64,000 bases of DNA from Pelagomonas calceolata (lineage: Eukaryota): the NCBI GenBank assembly GCA_918797485.1, contig CAKKNE010000001.1, positions 4,836,001 to 4,900,000 of the forward strand, given 5' to 3'. Positions 1 to 10,123 of the stretch are shown one piece after another; position 1 is the stretch's first letter, and the number at the start of each line of letters is the position of its first letter. Made by a program: the position numbers and the translations under genes. Below the pieces are notes generated by a model that was given only the letters and a program-made list of their open reading frames with translations, was not told the origin of the DNA and made no database searches.

Positions 1-2245
1 AGAGCTTCTTGTAGCCGGGCGTTCTGCGATTACGCGCGTCGTCGATCGCCTGACACATTTGGTCGACCCAGAACCCGGAGGAGCGGAGCAGGACGAGCTG
101 GCCGCCGCCCTGCGCTCGCTCGATGGATTTGTCGAAGGCTCTACTGTCCTTGCCGCACATGACAGCTGTGGCGTGCGGCAGGAGGCGCCACAGGTACCTC
201 GAGAAGGCGATCTTGTCGGCCTCGTGCCGGAAGAAAATCATATGCGTGCAATACGGCGAGAGTTCCGCCCGCAGGATCTCACATAGATGGTCCAGGTCGT
301 CGTCTGCTTCCTTATTGTCGCCGGGCAGCTGCGTCCCGTGAGCTCTCCGCAGGCGCATCGCGCAGTCGCGCCGCGGCCACTTCATCCGAAGCTCTTTCAC
401 CATGCCGTCGACGGCCGTGCTTGTCTTTTTGTACGTGTAGACGGTGCGCGCGTCCTGGAAGTTCGGGGCCGCGTAGCTGTAGAGGTCGATCGGGTCTTCG
501 CCATACCTCCAGATCTCGAACGGGCCGCGCTTGTCCGGCGCGTCTAGCTCCTCGGCCACAATCTTTTTCATCGAGCTCTTCAGACGTTTCATAATCGTTT
601 TCATCGAGCTCTTCGGAGGTTCGTCGCCGTCTGCGTCGAAGCGCCAGGATTTCACGACCTCTTGGAGTTTTCTTTTGGAAGTAAGCGACTGGTCCGTCGT
701 GTGCAGTCCCAGGTAGGTCAGACCTGAGACGTCGTTGAGCTGCGAAAAACGCTGGATGCCTTTTTCGAACATGGCGGGCGACTTGTTGAACGATTCCCGG
801 CAATTCCACTCCGAGATGAGCCAGCCCTTCGACTCGTACGCGGCCTGCACGACCGCGCCCATGAACGCTGAGCCGCGACTCGCGTAGTTTTCCATCCGGA
901 TATCGTAGAGCCGCTTGTCGCGTTCCACCTGTCGCTCGCGGAGCAGCTTTTCGGCGTCCAGGGTAAATTGTTCCTTGGTAATTTCGGCGTTCTTCACGGC
1001 CTCGCAGACGTCCTTCCAGGCCTTCTTCAAGTCCTTGATGCTCTGGACTAATTGGTCGCGGTACATCTCGCGCTTCTTTCCCTGCAGTTCGACCAACACT
1101 TGGTCCGCGAGCGCATCGATGTCAGTTGCAGGCGCGGCAGATGGATTCTTCGAGTCGCCCGACGCGCGATCTTTGGTGAGGGGGCTGTTTACCTCAGCCT
1201 CAGACGCAGGCACTGACAGAACCTCATCTGCGGCAGGCGCCGGGGCTTCGGCTGATCTCCCATCCCTACCATGCCCGCCCGCATAAGCCTCAGCCGCGAG
1301 GGCCTCCGCAGCAAGCCCCTCCGCGGTGCGCACAGGATCGCCCAGGAATCGCCCAGTTTCCCGGACGAGTTTGTGTTCCTTGAGCAGGAAGTTTTTCGCT
1401 TTCATTTCTTCTTGCCCAGGGTCCCTCTCGAAGCACCAGGCCACGAGCTCATGCGCCGTTTTCGGCATCTTTACAGTGTCATCGCCCAGCTCTTCGAACT
1501 CTTTGCTGACCTCTTCGAACTCCCACAAGCCCGTGCGCGTCAGGGCTATTTCGCGGTCAAATGTCGTTGCCAGAACTTTGTTATCCAGGGCTTTTAGTGG
1601 ATCTTGTTTGGGGGCCCTGCGCTTGAACCACGATTTCTTGATGGCGTAGCTGTAATGGTTCAAGGCGCGTATGAACTCCACCCCGGCGCTGTTATAGGTG
1701 AACAGCGCGTGCGCCACTTCCTCGCTTTTCGTCAGGTTCATCTGTAGTACCTTGTTGTCGACGATGTTCTTGTCGAGCATTGTCAGCGTCCCCCACGCCG
1801 CGAGCGCCGCCCGCGCGCGCTCGTCCGACAGCGACATGAGCCGCTGGTCGGATTCTTCCTGGGAGGACCGGGACCGGACCTGTCCCGCAACGGAGTCGAG
1901 CTGCGCCTGGAAATCCAGCGTAGAGAAGCCGCTCTCCCACCAGCCGTTCGCGCCCAGGCCGCGAAAGCACATGGACGGCAACTCTAGCCCGAAGGCGTCG
2001 ACGAACTCCGCGAGGACCTCCTCCGGCGTGCAGGCGCCGGGCGCGTTGTTGTTGCAGAGCATGTACTTGCATTTGATGCGCGACTCCTCGAAGTAGATCG
2101 AGCCGTATTTGTATCGGCCGCCGCGCTCGTCCACGGGGGCATCGGACCGCCTCGTCTCATCCATGGCCTCATCCATGGCCTCGGCCTGCGAGTCGCCTGG
2201 CGCTGGGGCTGGCGCCTCGTCCTGCGAGTCGCCGTCGGCGGTCAT
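1..2245 (-). CDS. Large protein truncated at the window start; possible SLOG/TRPM-N (LSDAT-like) domain plus coiled-coil region
   Basis: Minus-strand frame from ATG 2245 (MTADGDSQDEAP...) appears open to base 1 (...TPGYKKL); checked at both ends, and it is missing from the ORF track, consistent with having no stop. Segments TPEEVLAEFVDAFGLELPSMCFRGLG, PYCTHMIFF and QLVLLRSSGFWVD loosely resemble TRPM MHR1/2 SLOG motifs. Confidence 0.6.
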   Translation of the reverse strand, partial: MTADGDSQDEAPAPAPGDSQAEAMDEAMDETRRSDAPVDERGGRYKYGSIYFEESRIKCKYMLCNNNAPGACTPEEVLAEFVDAFGLELPSMCFRGLGANGWWESGFSTLDFQAQLDSVAGQVRSRSSQEESDQRLMSLSDERARAALAAWGTLTMLDKNIVDNKVLQMNLTKSEEVAHALFTYNSAGVEFIRALNHYSYAIKKSWFKRRAPKQDPLKALDNKVLATTFDREIALTRTGLWEFEEVSKEFEELGDDTVKMPKTAHELVAWCFERDPGQEEMKAKNFLLKEHKLVRETGRFLGDPVRTAEGLAAEALAAEAYAGGHGRDGRSAEAPAPAADEVLSVPASEAEVNSPLTKDRASGDSKNPSAAPATDIDALADQVLVELQGKKREMYRDQLVQSIKDLKKAWKDVCEAVKNAEITKEQFTLDAEKLLRERQVERDKRLYDIRMENYASRGSAFMGAVVQAAYESKGWLISEWNCRESFNKSPAMFEKGIQRFSQLNDVSGLTYLGLHTTDQSLTSKRKLQEVVKSWRFDADGDEPPKSSMKTIMKRLKSSMKKIVAEELDAPDKRGPFEIWRYGEDPIDLYSYAAPNFQDARTVYTYKKTSTAVDGMVKELRMKWPRRDCAMRLRRAHGTQLPGDNKEADDDLDHLCEILRAELSPYCTHMIFFRHEADKIAFSRYLWRLLPHATAVMCGKDSRAFDKSIERAQGGGQLVLLRSSGFWVDQMCQAIDDARNRRTPGYKKL

Positions 2246-2330
2246 CGCCAGGTGCGGCTGCCCCCCAGAGCGTTTCTTAGACACCCGTTCCTTAGACGTC
2301 CCCGGACGTCCGGCAGCCCGGCGTTACTCG

Positions 2331-2351
2331 CTAGTGCCTCTGTTCCGCTAG
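2331..2351. promoter_or_regulatory. CTAGTG-N9-CGCTAG upstream motif
   Basis: CTAGTGCCTCTGTTCCGCTAG between divergent genes. Confidence 0.5.
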
Positions 2352-2536
2352 TCTCGGCTGCTGCTTGGTTTTTTGGGTCCCGACGCTCGACAGCTTGCTC
2401 GTGAGAGCACAGGCGACGCGTCGAGACTCCTAAACGAGCGCTTCGATCGATCCCGCAAGCCCACGCTCCGCCGACAGCTCTGCAAGCTTTGCAAAAGCAA
2501 ACCCCATCACAGCCATGCAAGCTTCATAACAACAAA

Positions 2537-3751
2537 ATGCGCCGCCTCAGCCGCCAGCCGCGGCACCTGCAAAAGGCATCAGTGCGGGACCGAAGAAAGG
2601 GCCGCAGCTCTTTGGCCGCAACAGTGCTGGCGGTCACGGGCGCGTGGCTGCTCGTCGCGTGGTGGGCGCACGCGCGCCACGCGCCGCCCGCCGCCGCGCC
2701 CGCGCACCACGCGCCGCAGTTCAAGCAGATGCACGACGCGATGCGCGCCGCCGCCGCCGAGGTGCAGTTCGAGCCTCCTGAACCGCGGCCCGAGCGGCAA
2801 TCAAAAAGAACAGACCCCTACGGCAACGCCACGAAGGTGCTCGGCTTAGAAACGTGCGCCGCCTTCCGCGCCGCGAACCCCATCATATCATCAAGGCGCT
2901 TCGCGCCCGCGGGCTTGTTTAATTCGGCGACGAACGCGCTCTGGCAGACCATCTTATCCAACTGCCGCGTCTCCGAACATGGCAGGAACGACCTCTTCCA
3001 CCCGCCCTGGGGCAAGCACAACCCCGCGTCGTGGCGCGGCCGCCACCTGGCCAACATGTTCACAAATTCATCAGCACTCGGCTGGCGGCCGCGCATGGCG
3101 AGCGTGCTGCCCGTCGTGACGGTCAAGGACCCGTTGACCTGGATGCCGTCGATCTGCCGCCACCCCTACGCCGTGCGCCTCTCGTCGAAGCAGCGAACGA
3201 AGTGCCCTTTACCGCTGGACGCGCCCGTCTCCGTGGCATTCCAGCGGGCCCAGGTGGTGTACTACGATAACCTGGTGGACCTGTGGAGCCGGTGGCACGG
3301 CGAATATTATCAAGCGGCGTGGCCGCGGTTACTCGTACGGTTCGAGGATTTGTTGTTTGAACCCCGTGCTGTAGCTGGCGCGGTCTGCGATTGTTTGGGT
3401 GACGCCCTGTGTGGAAATCAACCAGTGCGTCGGTCGAGCGGTAAGGAACCAGCATCACCACGCCATCGAGCAGGCGTCGCGTCGATGGCGGAACGCGCCG
3501 TAAATTTTGATTTCCACACAGGTGGTGCTCTCGCGTCCGAGGCCGAGTTTAAGATCGACGGCCGGAAGACGGGCAAGGGCACGGCCTTCGGCCACGCGGC
3601 GGATACGAATAGCCGCGCCCAGGCGCTCGCGCTCTACGGGTCTTCGGTGAAACGAATGGAGCCCTACTCAACAACCGACGTGGCCTTCGTGCGCGCGCGG
3701 CTCGCCTCGGATGACGTCTGGCGCGGGCTCGGCTACGATGCCGTGCGATAG
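2537..3751 (+). CDS. Type II membrane protein with sulfotransferase-like (P-loop) fold; intron 3399-3521
   Basis: N-terminal TM (LAATVLAVTGAWLLVAWW); motifs AGLFNSATNAL, WGKH, VTVKDPLTW, LLVRFEDLL. Splicing gives CDCLG/GALASEAEF. Confidence 0.65.
   Translation: MRRLSRQPRHLQKASVRDRRKGRSSLAATVLAVTGAWLLVAWWAHARHAPPAAAPAHHAPQFKQMHDAMRAAAAEVQFEPPEPRPERQSKRTDPYGNATKVLGLETCAAFRAANPIISSRRFAPAGLFNSATNALWQTILSNCRVSEHGRNDLFHPPWGKHNPASWRGRHLANMFTNSSALGWRPRMASVLPVVTVKDPLTWMPSICRHPYAVRLSSKQRTKCPLPLDAPVSVAFQRAQVVYYDNLVDLWSRWHGEYYQAAWPRLLVRFEDLLFEPRAVAGAVCDCLGDALCGNQPVRRSSGKEPASPRHRAGVASMAERAVNFDFHTGGALASEAEFKIDGRKTGKGTAFGHAADTNSRAQALALYGSSVKRMEPYSTTDVAFVRARLASDDVWRGLGYDAVR
3399..3521 (+). mobile_element. 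Introner-type TIR element forming a 123-nt GT-AG intron
   Basis: TIRs CTGTGTGGAAATCAA (3407) and TTGATTTCCACACAG (3521); diverged 8-bp TSD GTGACGCC/GTGGTGCT; internal hairpin CGCCATCGA...TCGATGGCG. Confidence 0.9.
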
Positions 3752-3813
3752 CCCGTCTGGACCTCGCGGCGATGGCGTGACGGGGACAATATGTTACTAT
3801 AAACAGTGTTGTG

Positions 3814-4338
3814 TTAGGTCGACTCCTCGTCAGCCTCCTTCGCCGCGGCCGCCGCGGCCTTCTTCGCCTCGGCCTCGGCCTTCTTCGCGGCGGCCGCCTT
3901 CTTTTTGTCGGCCGCGGCTTTTTTTGCGGCCTTCGCGTCGGCCGCCTCCATCTTCTGCTGGAGGTAGTAGGCGTAGGAGACGCCGTAGATGGCCACGACG
4001 ATGCCCGCGAGCCCCGTCAGGTCCAAAGCGATCTCGGGCAGCGAGAGGTCCAAACTAAACAAGTCCTTCTTCGACAGGAGGTCGTTGCCCTCGTACCAGG
4101 TCGTGAACTCGCCGATCGTCAGCTTGCCGTCCCGCGTCGTGTCGGCGAGCCGGAACTCGTTCTCGATGGCCGTCGCCGCGGACGCGGCCCGCGACGCGCC
4201 GAGCGCGAGCGCCGGCGCGGCGGCGAGCAGGCCGCGCCGGGCGAGTTTCGCCGGTGCCGGCGGCGGTGCCCTCTCGGGCACGCGGAGGGCACCGCTCGTT
4301 CGCAAGAGGAGCAGCAAGGCGGCTGCTATCCTAGCCAT
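3814..4338 (-). CDS. Small predicted plastid/thylakoid membrane protein with one EF-hand and a Lys/Ala-rich tail
   Basis: Signal peptide MARIAAALLLLL, twin-arginine-like LARRGLLAAA..ASA, EF loop DTTRDGKLTIGEF, TM LAGIVVAIYGVSYAYYL. Confidence 0.65.
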   Translation of the reverse strand: MARIAAALLLLLRTSGALRVPERAPPPAPAKLARRGLLAAAPALALGASRAASAATAIENEFRLADTTRDGKLTIGEFTTWYEGNDLLSKKDLFSLDLSLPEIALDLTGLAGIVVAIYGVSYAYYLQQKMEAADAKAAKKAAADKKKAAAAKKAEAEAKKAAAAAAKEADEEST

Positions 4339-4655
4339 GCTGCAAAGGAGATGATACAGGTCAGCACGGTGCAAAAGCGATTGCCAGCCGGGTGCAGCAA
4401 TAAGAATGGCACTGCGTCGAGCGCTGCGTGCTGTTGATTCGATGCGTGAGGTGCAGCGCAACGAGTTTTGGAGGCTGAAATGCGCCGTCCGCGTCACAGG
4501 GTAAGGTACTTTTTTAGATCTTACTCAGAAAAGGGGGGATAAAAAGTACCGGTACCTTAGGTATGCAACACAGGTCGGTTCCTGGGTTGTGTTTGACGCC
4601 AGGACTCATCGATCCCATGATCACGCTAGCATATACCCCACGACACACTTACAAA

Positions 4656-5428
4656 CTAGGGCTGCTCCGTCCGCGTCCAGAGCGCGAGCCCGCCGCCGCC
4701 GCCGCGCGCCGTCGCGATGACGTCGTCGCAGTCGATCCAGTTGAAGAACGGCTTCTTGCCCTGCTCCGCGAGTTTTACGTTGTTCTCCGAGCCGAGGCCC
4801 GTCGCCGCGCCGATCTCCGCGGCGCCTCCTTTGCCGAGGTCGAAACCCAGAGCGCCTCCAAACACCTCGATCCGCGTGAAGTCGAAGGTCAGCTTCCTCG
4901 ATTCTTCATTAAATTCCATGGGCCCGAAGAAGCGCACGGCGGCCCAGTCGCCGAAGAAGATGCCTGCGTCGAACGCGCGTCGATGGCGTGATGTGGGCTC
5001 AGTGATTTACCACACAGAGTAGGACCGTTCGTAATTTTGGAGGCGGCGAGGTCGAACGTCTGTACGGCCTTGACCGGAAAATAATTCACGCGCGCCCCGG
5101 TGCGCTTCTGCCGCGATATCGTGCCCGTCGTGAACACCAAACGCCAGGCGCCCGTGAGCTTGTCGGCGATCGCCGCGCCCGCAGAGGCGCCCTCGGCGCG
5201 CGACCGCTCCTTGCACGATTGCTCCAGGCCTAGCAACGCGTCGACGACCGCGTCGCTCTCCTCGTTTTTCGTCTCCGCCGCTCGCCGGAGCACCACGCGG
5301 TCCTGCTCGATGGCCTCGGCGTAGTCGGCTGCCCTGAGGACGTGGACTGCTCGCAGACGCGTCGGCGCGAGCTGGAATCCAGCCGCAGCCTGAAATCCAG
5401 CCGCCGTCAGCAGTAGAACGTATTTCAT
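4656..5428 (-). CDS. Plastid lipid-associated (PAP/fibrillin-like) protein; intron 4964-5025
   Basis: Bipartite presequence MKYVLLLTAAGF; LTGAWRLVFTT motif; C-terminal ARGGGGGLALW. Splicing joins KITNG/IFFGDWAAVRFFGP. Confidence 0.7.
4964..5025 (-). mobile_element. Degenerate introner remnant, 62-nt GT-AG intron
   Basis: GTCCTACT followed by CTGTGTGGTAAATCA (TIR starts 8 nt after the donor); core CACGCCATCGACGCG; 3' end eroded to CGACGCAG. Removal restores the frame. Confidence 0.75.
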
Positions 5429-5533
5429 TATTGATGCAATTTGCACGCAGTTAAAGCAGGAATATCCAACCGCGGTCTTGGTGCAATTTGCATACGATGA
5501 AGCACGAATATCCTCCGCAAAAAGCAGCGCTGG

Positions 5534-5555
5534 CTAGCGTGTGTAAAGACTCTAG
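5534..5555. promoter_or_regulatory. Upstream motif variant, reverse orientation
   Basis: Reverse complement CTAGAGTCTTTACACACGCTAG between divergent genes. Confidence 0.45.
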
Positions 5556-5647
5556 AAACCAGTCAAAAAGCGCTTTTTGATTGCCAGCTTGCTGGGGCAG
5601 CGTAAATGCCAGCTTGATTGCAAACAATCAAGCACAGTGGAAGACAA

Positions 5648-7702
5648 ATGGGTCTCCTCGACGCCCTGGACGAGTCCATCGCCACGGTCGAGGCGGAGCA
5701 CCAGGAGAAGGGCAGCCCAACTACTGCCACCCTCGCCTCGACCGCGGCCGCGCCGCCCGCGTCCTGCGGCACCTACGAACGCACGTCAGCACCAGATACG
5801 TACCGCTGCGCCGCGAACGGCTTCTACCTCTACAAGCGGTCGCCGAATTCGTGGTGCGTCGGCAAGGAGCCCGGCGGCGCGTCGTGCAAGTGCTACCAGA
5901 GCAAGAAGGGCTGGCAGTTCTACGTGAGTAAAAAGTGGACGCTGCGCGCGGACGTGTCGCTGACGTGGGACGATGCGACGGGCAGCTCCGCAGACCCGTC
6001 CGTGCCAGCTGCGGAGGAGGCCGCGCCGGCGCCGGCTGCCGAGGCTACTGCCGCGGAAAAGCCCCAGACGACGGCGCGGGTCCAGGGCGGCATGCTGGCC
6101 GGCGACGACGACGCGACCAGCAGCTCCGGCGACGACGACGAGGAGGTCGAGGTCGCGGAGGCACCAGCGGCGCCGCCCGCGAAGACGCCGGCACCGACGG
6201 CAGAACCCGCGAAGAAGAAGACCTCCGACGCCTTCGGCCTCGCCTACACGCCCTACGAGGTCTACGACGCCGCGGCCGCGCGGAACGCCGAGTCCTCCGA
6301 CGACGAGTCCGACGCCGAGTCCGCGACCGCGGCGCCGGCGAACTCGCCACCAGTGGCAAGTCAAGCCACAGGCGACGCCCCAGACCTCCCCAGCGACAAG
6401 GTGAGGTCTTTAGATAGCGCGCCACCACCAAAAAACGCGAACAACGGCAAGCCGCGGGCCGGCGCCAAGGCCCCGCCGCCGGCGCACGTCGTGCAGGACC
6501 GCCCCTCGGCGCCGTCGGAGCCCAAGCCAAGCGCCCAAGACGCGCCAGCAGCCAAGGCGCCGCCGCCTCCAAACGTCGTACAAGATGCGCCTTCCGCCGA
6601 GGCCAATGCACCGCAGGACGGCGCCTTCAAGGCCTTCGACCCCGCGGTTTTAGCAAGGACCGTGGCCGCCTACCGCGCGCCCGTCGCCGCGGCCCCGGAT
6701 TCAAACGAAGACGCCTGGGCGAGCATCAAACCACCCGAACAAGAGGAGGCCGAGGAGCCAATCAAAGCCGAGCCCATCACCTACGACGAGGCCCTGCGCC
6801 ACTTCCAGGGTTTAGATATGTCAAGTGATCAAGGAAAGATCACGCCGACGCAGCCCGACCAGAGGCACCTGCTCAAGCGCATATTCAAGAGAAGGCCCGA
6901 CCTCAAGGCGCCGGACGCCGAACGCGACTTCGTCTTCCTCGTGGCCCTGCAAAAATATGATCCGAGAGTGCCGGTCCACTGGCGCATGATCCACACGGTC
7001 TTCCGCGAGCTCACGCCAAAAAACAAGCCGGTGCCGTGCCCGACGCTCGGGGCGCACTGGGTCCGCATCGGATTTCAAGGAAATGACCCGCGCACGGATG
7101 TGAATAGGGCCATGCGCTGCCTCGCGCTGTTGCAGTTATTACACCTGCTTGAAAAAGAGAGACGCCTCGCGGGCGCCCTCTTCCGCGCGGCGAACCAGGG
7201 CGGCATGTAGCAGTGTGGAAGTACCAGTCCGGACGCGAGGGGCCTTCGACTCGCGCCGATCGCGGTGATGGCGTGCTGGTGGGGTCTACACCGCCTCGAC
7301 GCCATCGACGCGACCGCTTCGTCACGCGCAGGCAAGGACTGGCCCTTCGCGTGCACGTCCATCTCCTTCACGCGCATGGCTGTGCAAAAGTTGCGGTCCG
7401 GCAAGTTGAATGGTAGCTGCAACGCGCTCGGCGTCCTGCCAGCGCTGCACGAGTGCCACGCGGCGCTCTTCCGCGACTTCCTCGCGCGCATCCGGAGCGG
7501 CCAGGACCGGTTCTGCGCGCTGAACGACATTCAAGAGGGGAAGAAACCAATAAAGGTGGCCAAGAAGACGAAGCCCGCCGCGGCGAAGGCGCGGGTAGAG
7601 GAACCGCCCGCGGCGTTCGCGGCGCTCGGGGGCCTGCCCGACGACCCCTCGTCTCAGTCGTCGTCGGGCGCGGCCCTGGGGAGGCGGTATCTTGTAACGT
7701 AG
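5648..7702 (+). CDS. ELMO/CED-12 domain protein (ELMOD-like); GC-AG intron 7203-7331
   Basis: HWVRIGFQGNDPRTDVNR..CLALLQLL and WPFACTSISFT are ELMO-domain motifs; low-complexity N-terminal half. Confidence 0.8.
7203..7331 (+). mobile_element. Degenerate introner, 129-nt GC-AG intron
   Basis: GCATGTAG then CAGTGTGGAAGTACCAGT; downstream flank GCAAGGAC (5/8 TSD match); core CGCCATCGACGCG. Splicing gives NQGG/KDWPFAC. Confidence 0.75.
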
Positions 7703-8010
7703 GTTGTTCTACTTTTCCTCCTCTCGGGTCTCTCGCGCGCGGTGCGTGGGTGCTCGTTCGAGGCGAGCTGTCGCAGATGCCCCCGGCGCCTGTCCTAATG
7801 GTGCGAAGAAGACGGGTGACACGCGGGCCACGCAGCCACCTGCGTGCGGGTTCCGCCACAGCGCGGCAGCCAAAGCGGCAAAACAGCGGGCTGGAGGGGT
7901 CCCAGCGCGCTTCCAGCAGAGCTCCTCAGGCCGCAACGAAGCAGCGGCTCCGTCGACTGCCGGGGGCAGCAAAAATCAGCACTGCTATTGACGGCCTCAC
8001 TACATAAACC

Positions 8011-8343
8011 ATGGCGGCCCCGGAGGCCATCACCTACATCTCACCGGCCCACGAGGCCATGAAGCCCTTCGCCGAGCGGCCCGCCAAGGACGAGAAGCAA
8101 GAACATGGAGCGATGGTCGGCATCCCCGCGGACGTGCTCAACACGTACAAGCCGCCGCTCTCCGACGACACGCCGAATTTTTACGTCGAGAACAAGCAGG
8201 AGAAGCGCGTGAACGTGACGCAGGAGTCGCTGACCGCGGCGCTCGAGGAGGCGGCCGAGGTTCAAAGAAGGGCGAACGAGGCCTACGTCAAGCAGTTCGG
8301 GCAGTGGCCCGCGGAGCTCGAGGCTCTCGCGAAGAAGGAGTAA
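8011..8343 (+). CDS. Hypothetical protein, 110 aa
   Basis: ATG in an AAACC context, strong GC3 codon bias, convergent with the next gene. Confidence 0.65.
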   Translation: MAAPEAITYISPAHEAMKPFAERPAKDEKQEHGAMVGIPADVLNTYKPPLSDDTPNFYVENKQEKRVNVTQESLTAALEEAAEVQRRANEAYVKQFGQWPAELEALAKKE

Positions 8344-8346
8344 GTG

Positions 8347-9720
8347 TCACCTATACTTAAGAAGCCGCGCCTGCGCTTCAATACATGCCGCGTAGTCCCG
8401 CTCGACGTCGTCCGCAGTCCCTGCCAGTAAAACCCAGCCCACATCCGTCTTGATGTCGGTCGTGGCCGAGACCTCCTCGCCCTCCCTAAAACTCTCGTAG
8501 ACCTCCATTTCCACCAAAGTCGGCAGGTTTTCGAGAGTGGATAGGGCGTCGGCGTCGATGCCACTCAAAACACCACTAGAGAGACAGGAAATGTGGAACA
8601 GCAGCCCGTCTTCCACCATCGTTGGTGTAGATGCGGTCGCCGCCCACTCCTCGGAATCGGGCACGCACGCGGCCGCTGCTAATGCGATGGCGTTCGGGCC
8701 CTCTATACATCTATCGACGAGTGGCCGCACGTTGGCGTTGTGAAATCTTGCGTTGATCTCGACGAGCGTCGGGACGCCATCAACAACAATGAGCTCCGAG
8801 TGCGCGGGCCCGTTCGCGTGGCCCGCCGCGTCCAATGCTTCTATCAGTGAATCGATTATTGGCCGCGTCGCGCCGTCGACGGGGACCAACCTTGTACATT
8901 GGTAGACAAACCCGACCTTGTCGTACCTCCACAGAGCCGTGACCTTGTGCTCGCCATGCCGCGACACAGAATCAATAGCGTACTCGGGGCCTTCCAAAAA
9001 CTGCTGCGCTAGTATCACATCATTCGAGCCGCCCGCGTAGCGCGTCGTCGCTCGCAACGCGGCGAACGCGGCGGCACAGGCCTCTTCGTCACAACATTTG
9101 TAGACGTCCTCGGAGCCGACGCCGCGGCAGGGCTTGACGATGATCGCATTCCTCTCGGCGCGATAAAACGCCACGAGCTCGTCTTCAGTTTCACAAAGTG
9201 CCTGGCGGCAGTGCGGTAAGTTATGCTCGCGCAGCGTCTCGTGGAGCAGCCACTTGTGTCTTCTAGAAGGACCCACGGCGTTGCGGAACTCGCAACCTAG
9301 AAGGTTTGATAGCTGCTCGGCCGTCGCGATGCCCGCGTCGCTCTCCGAGAGGCACGCGAGCGGCGGCGCGGCCCCTGAGAGCCACTCTTCGCCATCAGTG
9401 CGGGGCGCGAGCAGTCCCAGGGGCGGCTCGACGCCGTTGGCGGCGGCCAGGCCCTCCGCCATGTAGTCGGAGAAGATGGTCGCGACGGCGACGCCCCGTT
9501 CCAGCAACTCCTCAATCAGCGCGACGCCCAGGTAGTCGCAGAGCGGGTCGACGACCACTGCCACGCCCACCGCGTCTTCGTCGGCCGGCGGCCGCAGTGC
9601 TGCCTGCATGCCGTCGGGCCGCGCGAGGTACGGCGCCTCCCGCTTCAATTCCGCGGCGAGGATCTGGGCGCGCAGCGAGGCGGCGGCGCATGGTAATGCT
9701 AGGAGTAGTATAGGTGCCAT
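8347..9720 (-). CDS. ATP-grasp domain protein (amino-acid ligase-like) with signal peptide
   Basis: IIVKPCRGVGSEDV, QQFLEGPEYAID, GPAHSEL, LVEINARF. Confidence 0.85.
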   Translation of the reverse strand: MAPILLLALPCAAASLRAQILAAELKREAPYLARPDGMQAALRPPADEDAVGVAVVVDPLCDYLGVALIEELLERGVAVATIFSDYMAEGLAAANGVEPPLGLLAPRTDGEEWLSGAAPPLACLSESDAGIATAEQLSNLLGCEFRNAVGPSRRHKWLLHETLREHNLPHCRQALCETEDELVAFYRAERNAIIVKPCRGVGSEDVYKCCDEEACAAAFAALRATTRYAGGSNDVILAQQFLEGPEYAIDSVSRHGEHKVTALWRYDKVGFVYQCTRLVPVDGATRPIIDSLIEALDAAGHANGPAHSELIVVDGVPTLVEINARFHNANVRPLVDRCIEGPNAIALAAAACVPDSEEWAATASTPTMVEDGLLFHISCLSSGVLSGIDADALSTLENLPTLVEMEVYESFREGEEVSATTDIKTDVGWVLLAGTADDVERDYAACIEAQARLLKYR

Positions 9721-9924
9721 GCGTGCTAGCTTTGCATTCGTGCTATTCTCTGCAGCATGCAGGCTGCAGTAGGCTGCAGTAGGTCAAGTTGAGCGGTTCG
9801 AGACCGCTGCAATGCTGGGCACGAGGAACGCTAAGACGAATTATATGTGCTGAACCCGTTTGCCAGCTGATAATCAATCCAGTCGCGACCGCACACGCCT
9901 TGTTTTGTCTTTATATTTTTGCTG

Positions 9925-9946
9925 CTAGCGTTGCGACACACACTAG
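9925..9946. promoter_or_regulatory. CTAGTG-N10-CGCTAG motif, reverse orientation
   Basis: Reverse complement CTAGTGTGTGTCGCAACGCTAG between divergent genes. Confidence 0.5.
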
Positions 9947-10123
9947 AGTTTTATGGGTCGAGACCTGGCTCGGCCCTCTAAACTCGGCCGCTACGCCGGT
10001 TGGGCTTCGCAAACTAGCGCTGCGAGACCGCACAGCCCATAGCGAAAAAGCCCTGTTCCTCTCCCCGTCTCGAGGGGAGCAAGTCGATAGGCGCTCCAGG
10101 AGCAAGTCGATAGGCGGCGCAAG

